A DNA stretch of 63,974 nt, the filler included, from Octopus bimaculoides (lineage: Eukaryota), in assembly GCF_001194135.2 (NCBI RefSeq). It is 7 parts of 6 records of this genome, joined end to end, with 100 filler letters (N's around TTAATTAATTAA, not from the genome) between each part and the next. Parts side by side here need not be neighbours in the genome. Positions count along the whole stretch, not along the records: positions 62,827 to 63,974 come from NC_068986.1; 6 more parts are not named here. The stretch is one strand, 5' to 3'. Below are positions 63,111-63,974 of the stretch, one piece after another. Each line of letters begins with the position of its first letter. Within the stretch, counting starts at the first letter, position 1. Under the pieces are notes generated by a model, which did not search any database, was not told the DNA's origin, and worked only from the letters and a program-made list of their open reading frames with translations. The translations under genes were made by a program, and so were the position numbers.

Positions 63111-63974
63111 AGAGTATATATATATATATACACACACACAGGCAAAAACTCACACAAATGTACATTCATGCATACATTAAAAAAAGGTGGGGATGAGGTA
63201 AAGATTTCAGTTGACATTTCATTGATGTTCATATTGAGACATGCAAGTGAGTGCATACTTACATCTCTATTTTTATAGACAAGCTTACATACATAAAGGA
63301 GGGGGTGGGAGGGGGAAATGGTCTCTAATTGTGTTTCATCACAAGTGTATATACTCACTCATGTTATATGATAGCGACTGTCGTCCGAGTACTAAAAAAC
63401 AAATGAACGGTAGATACAGATATATTATTATCATCATCAATATTATCATTATTATTATCATTATTACTATTATTAGTAGTAGTATTATTATCATCATCAT
63501 CATCATCGTTATTTTATTATGGTATCAATTTTTTAAAATATTTATCATCATTGTTATCATTAACATTTACCATTATGCAGAGAAGGTTTTTAAAAGAAAA
63601 TGGCACTAAATTGTTAAAACACATATATTATATTGTTTCCATACATAAAAACTTCTAAAAAACAGAAATGGACTATTAATTTTCATTTTTTTTATAAAGG
63701 AAATTATAAGATATAGATAAATTTACTAAAGATGATATTTTTGAAAAAAAGTTCTTATTCAAAAGCAATGTGGACTAATGCTAAGTAAACATTAAAACTT
63801 TAAGTGCTAGAAATTTAGAACTGAGGTTGCAATTTTGGTACAAGTTTTATTGGAGAAATATTGTTAGTTTTCCTTCTGAAATTTTAAACTTAATATCACC
63901 TAGTTTATGTTTCCACTAACAAACGCAAACACACGACTCCCTCTCCCTCTCTCTTTCTCTCTCTCCCTATATAT

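Overview
AT-rich, microsatellite- and SINE-dense eukaryotic DNA; the repeat content suggests a cephalopod (Octopus-like) genome, which is inference only. Six identical 100-bp spacers (44 N + TTAATTAATTAA + 44 N) split the window into seven assembly segments whose adjacency is not guaranteed. Only one clear protein-coding region is present: a 761-aa, single-exon, Ser/Thr-rich and probably disordered ORF at 29104-31389 (+), downstream of a CpG-retaining promoter-like island. The rest is mostly decayed mobile DNA: a mariner with intact TIRs; RTE, CR1/L2, R4/Dong and Penelope retroelement fragments; hAT- and piggyBac-type MITEs; and three tRNA-derived SINE families plus one RTE-tail element (my working labels A-D). 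The most notable non-coding signals are: (1) a tRNA-headed element carrying a minimal hammerhead ribozyme and a 5' fold-back (55822-56117, -); (2) an HDV-like double-pseudoknot ribozyme fold (62560-62665, +); (3) a second, degenerate hammerhead; (4) a ~506-bp fold-back element; and (5) two promoter-like motif clusters sharing E-box, CArG, CCAAT and E2F sites. All family assignments come from motif recognition by eye; no database search was run, and mobile-element boundaries are approximate unless TIRs or TSDs are quoted.
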